Shown one piece after another: positions 61,185-64,000 of a stretch of DNA of 64,000 nt. The notes beneath the pieces were generated by a model, which worked only from the letters and a program-made list of their open reading frames with translations, had not been told where the DNA came from and ran no database searches. The stretch lies in IMG/VR virus record IMGVR_UViG_3300041964_000148; one strand, written 5' to 3'. Every line of letters starts with the position of its first letter. Positions within the stretch are counted from its first letter, which is position 1. Source of the DNA: a virus. Taxonomy: Duplodnaviria > Caudoviricetes. Both the position numbers and the translations under genes were made by a program.

Positions 61185-63467
61185 TTATCTCACGGGAACT
61201 CCCGTAAAAGAAATACCACCCATGCCTGGTTCTCTCTGATAGATTGCCGCGCTTACTAGCGAAAAACAAAGTGAATGGAACAGGTGATCAGGAGCACCTG
61301 GGGGTTCCAACCAAGTACCATCCGGCAATCTATCTGAACTCAATAAGTGTACAAATAAATTTGCATTATCCTTTGGGTTGTATGTAGTCCCAGCCGGAAG
61401 ATGCATTAGTCTTCGATAAATTTTGTCTCGCACCGCATCCAGCCCATAGGTTCTATCTAATACATAAACCGGAGCCAGATTTTCGCTGCCTTTAACTCGG
61501 CTACTATTTTTGGTACTTTTAATTTTCCTTAGGGTTCTGCGCCATTGATCACCCTTTAGCTTCATCTGATCAAATAAGTAAACCTGGAAGCGGTGTCCAT
61601 GCTTAACCTGCCCTGGTTGCCAATACTCATCCTCTGTCTCAAAAACAATAGATCCAGGTAGTTTTGACTGGAAGAAACGATCCACCTCCTTGATATCTAA
61701 GCTTCTTCCTGAAGCGGGGAAAAGCTTATATTCTGCACAATAAGTGCTTCCTGGTAAAATCCTATCTCCCTTCTCACTAAAAGCAGCCACCTTCCATCCA
61801 TATCTTTGTAGGTAAGGTTCAAAGATGGGGATAGCTTTGGGATTAGTAACCTTAGCTGTACAAAACTGTGAATACAAAGGGCGCTGCCCTGGCAAATGCT
61901 TCAAGGCAAAGTCAACAGCATTGTTCCACTCCGGCTCAGAATCCATACCAATGACATCAATATTAAATTTCTGAGCAAGGTATTCCAATTCATCAAAATC
62001 ACCAATCTGCCGCCAATCTACAACCTCCATTCGCCCATCCAGCCATTTAAAGTCTGGGTCTTGTGCATCAGAGAACCAGTACTTCGCTATAGTGAGCCAG
62101 TGAGAATATTTTCCAACATCTAACCCAGCGACAACAATGTCAGCTTCCCGTTCAAGAGGCACAGGTAAGCCCACACACGCCTGGAGTTGGGAGAGGGCAA
62201 TCTTTCCTCCACCAAGGCTGATTGCCTTGCCCAGCATCTCTTGGATTCCAAGGGCGGGGCGCTTTGTAGTCCACATAAACCTGATGCGTTCTACTGGATC
62301 AAACGTCCAACTAGCCAGCTTTGGTAGGTGCATGGCGACAGCTTCTCGCACCGCCTCTTGGTTCTCCAAAGTATGGCGATTAAGATCCTTCAGTGTCATT
62401 CCTGTGTTGGTACAGACGAACTCCCCTGCATCTAACGCTTCCTTTTCCAGTTCAATCTCACAATCTTGGCATCCAATGTATGCCGTTGCGATCGCCTCAT
62501 CTTTAGCGTGATCTTGTAACTGCCAATCCTCTACTTCTGGTGGATTATCCGAGTAATGGAACCACCTGAGAGGTCGTCCCATACGGTCTACATACCGTAT
62601 CTCAGTGATTCCATCCTCGGTCACTTCCACAGCCTTAAGAAAATTGCCGAAAGCATCTAGGAATTGGGTGCAGTTGCAGGTAGGACAGGTAACCTGCCAC
62701 TGGAAGATGTATTTAGCCTTCCGCACCTCGGTATCAACTAGCCCCCCTTCCATCGCGGGCGTACTACCTGCTCGTATCACTTTGGTTGCCCACCGAGATT
62801 GCCCGAATCGGGGAGCCAAGGCGTCTAGAATTCCGTTCCCGCATAAACCAAATTCATCCACGCAGGCAATACGAGTGGTAAACGAACGCAGTCCAGAGGC
62901 AGCCTGCTCGTCATCTTTGGAGGCTTCAACTTTGGAGTAGAAGAGTTCCAGCGGGACACCTGCCACAGTAATAGACTGCTTGGCGTCAATATCTTGGCGC
63001 TTGTAGATTCGTTGACTCTCTCTAGATAAGGCTTTGAGGGGTTCGCACTTATCAAATGCCACCTGGATGCGCTCACCTGCCATCTTGGTCATCTTGCGTT
63101 GTGCTTCAAATCCGAGGGCAATAGGCGATCGGAGGTAGGACAGAGAGAAGGCGCAGAGGGCGATCAAGATCTCACTGTAGCCGCATTGTGCTTGCTTCGA
63201 TATTATTAAGCGCTCTAGCCAAGGATTCGCGAAAACGAGCGCAAACTGATAATAAAAAGCCTCATCCCAACTTAATTTTTCCCCTGAATGGGTTCGGTAA
63301 TTCTTGCTAACCCAAGCAATAAACAGCTCTCCCCCCTTCTCGTACCACTCTTGAACGGCTAAGTCGCGCTTGGATGAGGTTTCTTCAATAAACTTGTCAC
63401 TCTCACTTTTATTACTCGTCTTGGCATTTTGAGCAACTTTGGTAACTGAACTAACTTTGTAAGCCAA
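61185..63467 (-). CDS. terL: Terminase large subunit, gpA-like
   Basis: KQAQCGYSE Walker A variant, ACVDEF Walker B, GSTP, CPTC..CQDC Zn finger, AGLDVG nuclease, PDHLFHS. Confidence 0.88.
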   Translation of the reverse strand: MAYKVSSVTKVAQNAKTSNKSESDKFIEETSSKRDLAVQEWYEKGGELFIAWVSKNYRTHSGEKLSWDEAFYYQFALVFANPWLERLIISKQAQCGYSEILIALCAFSLSYLRSPIALGFEAQRKMTKMAGERIQVAFDKCEPLKALSRESQRIYKRQDIDAKQSITVAGVPLELFYSKVEASKDDEQAASGLRSFTTRIACVDEFGLCGNGILDALAPRFGQSRWATKVIRAGSTPAMEGGLVDTEVRKAKYIFQWQVTCPTCNCTQFLDAFGNFLKAVEVTEDGITEIRYVDRMGRPLRWFHYSDNPPEVEDWQLQDHAKDEAIATAYIGCQDCEIELEKEALDAGEFVCTNTGMTLKDLNRHTLENQEAVREAVAMHLPKLASWTFDPVERIRFMWTTKRPALGIQEMLGKAISLGGGKIALSQLQACVGLPVPLEREADIVVAGLDVGKYSHWLTIAKYWFSDAQDPDFKWLDGRMEVVDWRQIGDFDELEYLAQKFNIDVIGMDSEPEWNNAVDFALKHLPGQRPLYSQFCTAKVTNPKAIPIFEPYLQRYGWKVAAFSEKGDRILPGSTYCAEYKLFPASGRSLDIKEVDRFFQSKLPGSIVFETEDEYWQPGQVKHGHRFQVYLFDQMKLKGDQWRRTLRKIKSTKNSSRVKGSENLAPVYVLDRTYGLDAVRDKIYRRLMHLPAGTTYNPKDNANLFVHLLSSDRLPDGTWLEPPGAPDHLFHSLCFSLVSAAIYQREPGMGGISFTGVPVR

Positions 63468-63575
63468 CGTCTACAGCCTTTATAGCACAAGGATTCTACG
63501 GTACAATACTAAGATACCCCCAGTTCTACTTTCGACGGGAAAACTGAGGGCAACCACCAAAAAGAAAGGCAGTAT

Positions 63576-64000
63576 ATGGCTATTTTAGATTGGGAACGCT
63601 TTCATGCGCTACCTCCCCGCTCTGGGTTAACCGTGGTGTGCCAGTGCGATCAGTGTGGTCAGGAAATAAACGTACAAAAGTATAAGCTTTACAGTTTCTA
63701 CAAAGATGGCAGGATGAATTTCTACAAATCTGGGGAAGAGCCGCCAGAATTCTGTCCTAACTACAAAAGCTGCAAAGAATGCGCTAAGGGGCTCAATAAA
63801 GGTAGCAAAAGGAAACCTTTATCATCTGAAGCCAAGGAAGTACTAAGGAAGTACTGGACAGGGAGAAGAGTGGGTTCTAATCACCCGTCATGGAACCCTG
63901 ATCGTGAGGCAGTTGAGCGCAAGGCTAGAACCAAGAAGACAGCCAAGAATCTTATCTGGAACGCAATTATTCGTTGCAAACAGAAGAAAACTGATCGCAC
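63576..64000 (+). CDS. Probable homing/HNH-type endonuclease, N-terminal part (runs off the window)
   Basis: CQCDQCG..KSCKEC, GSNHPSWNPDRE (similar to GENHPMWNKD in 13333-14361). Confidence 0.6.
   Translation, partial: MAILDWERFHALPPRSGLTVVCQCDQCGQEINVQKYKLYSFYKDGRMNFYKSGEEPPEFCPNYKSCKECAKGLNKGSKRKPLSSEAKEVLRKYWTGRRVGSNHPSWNPDREAVERKARTKKTAKNLIWNAIIRCKQKKTDR

Noticed and set aside
61590-61900. Intein in terminase
   Set aside because: No intein block A start or HN-C/S/T end, and no LAGLIDADG motifs
1-64000. HIP1 (GCGATCGC) abundance as a novel repeat
   Set aside because: Well-known cyanobacterial octamer; used only as host evidence

Overview
A 64-kb segment of a large tailed phage (prophage or phage-plasmid) from a cyanobacterial host, judged by abundant HIP1 (GCGATCGC). 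Virion genes are scattered among promoter/terminator-bounded accessory cassettes. They include a gpA-type terminase large subunit, a tail fibre, a GH19/peptidase tail lysin, a tube-initiator-like protein and a giant tape measure gene (14431-36362, about 7,300 codons once a patch of three small indels is repaired). Accessory content includes DNA-modification genes (MT-A70, a SAM methyltransferase, a PAPS-reductase-family protein), two sliding-clamp-like paralogues, HNH and CoiA-like nucleases, an IsrB OMEGA element with its omegaRNA and a tnpB fragment. Most notable: (1) six proteins share an N-terminal leader ending in RDxxG(R/K/Q)F and carry swapped payloads (kinase, lipase-like hydrolase, membrane hairpins), two with small overlapping partner ORFs, which suggests a polymorphic virion-cargo system; (2) the giant modular tape measure protein; (3) nine dispersed copies of the site CACGG-TTCT-CCGTGA; (4) an unannotated structured RNA candidate of about 400 nt; (5) 11-bp-phased repeat arrays. 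All protein calls are motif recognition by eye and no database searches were run.
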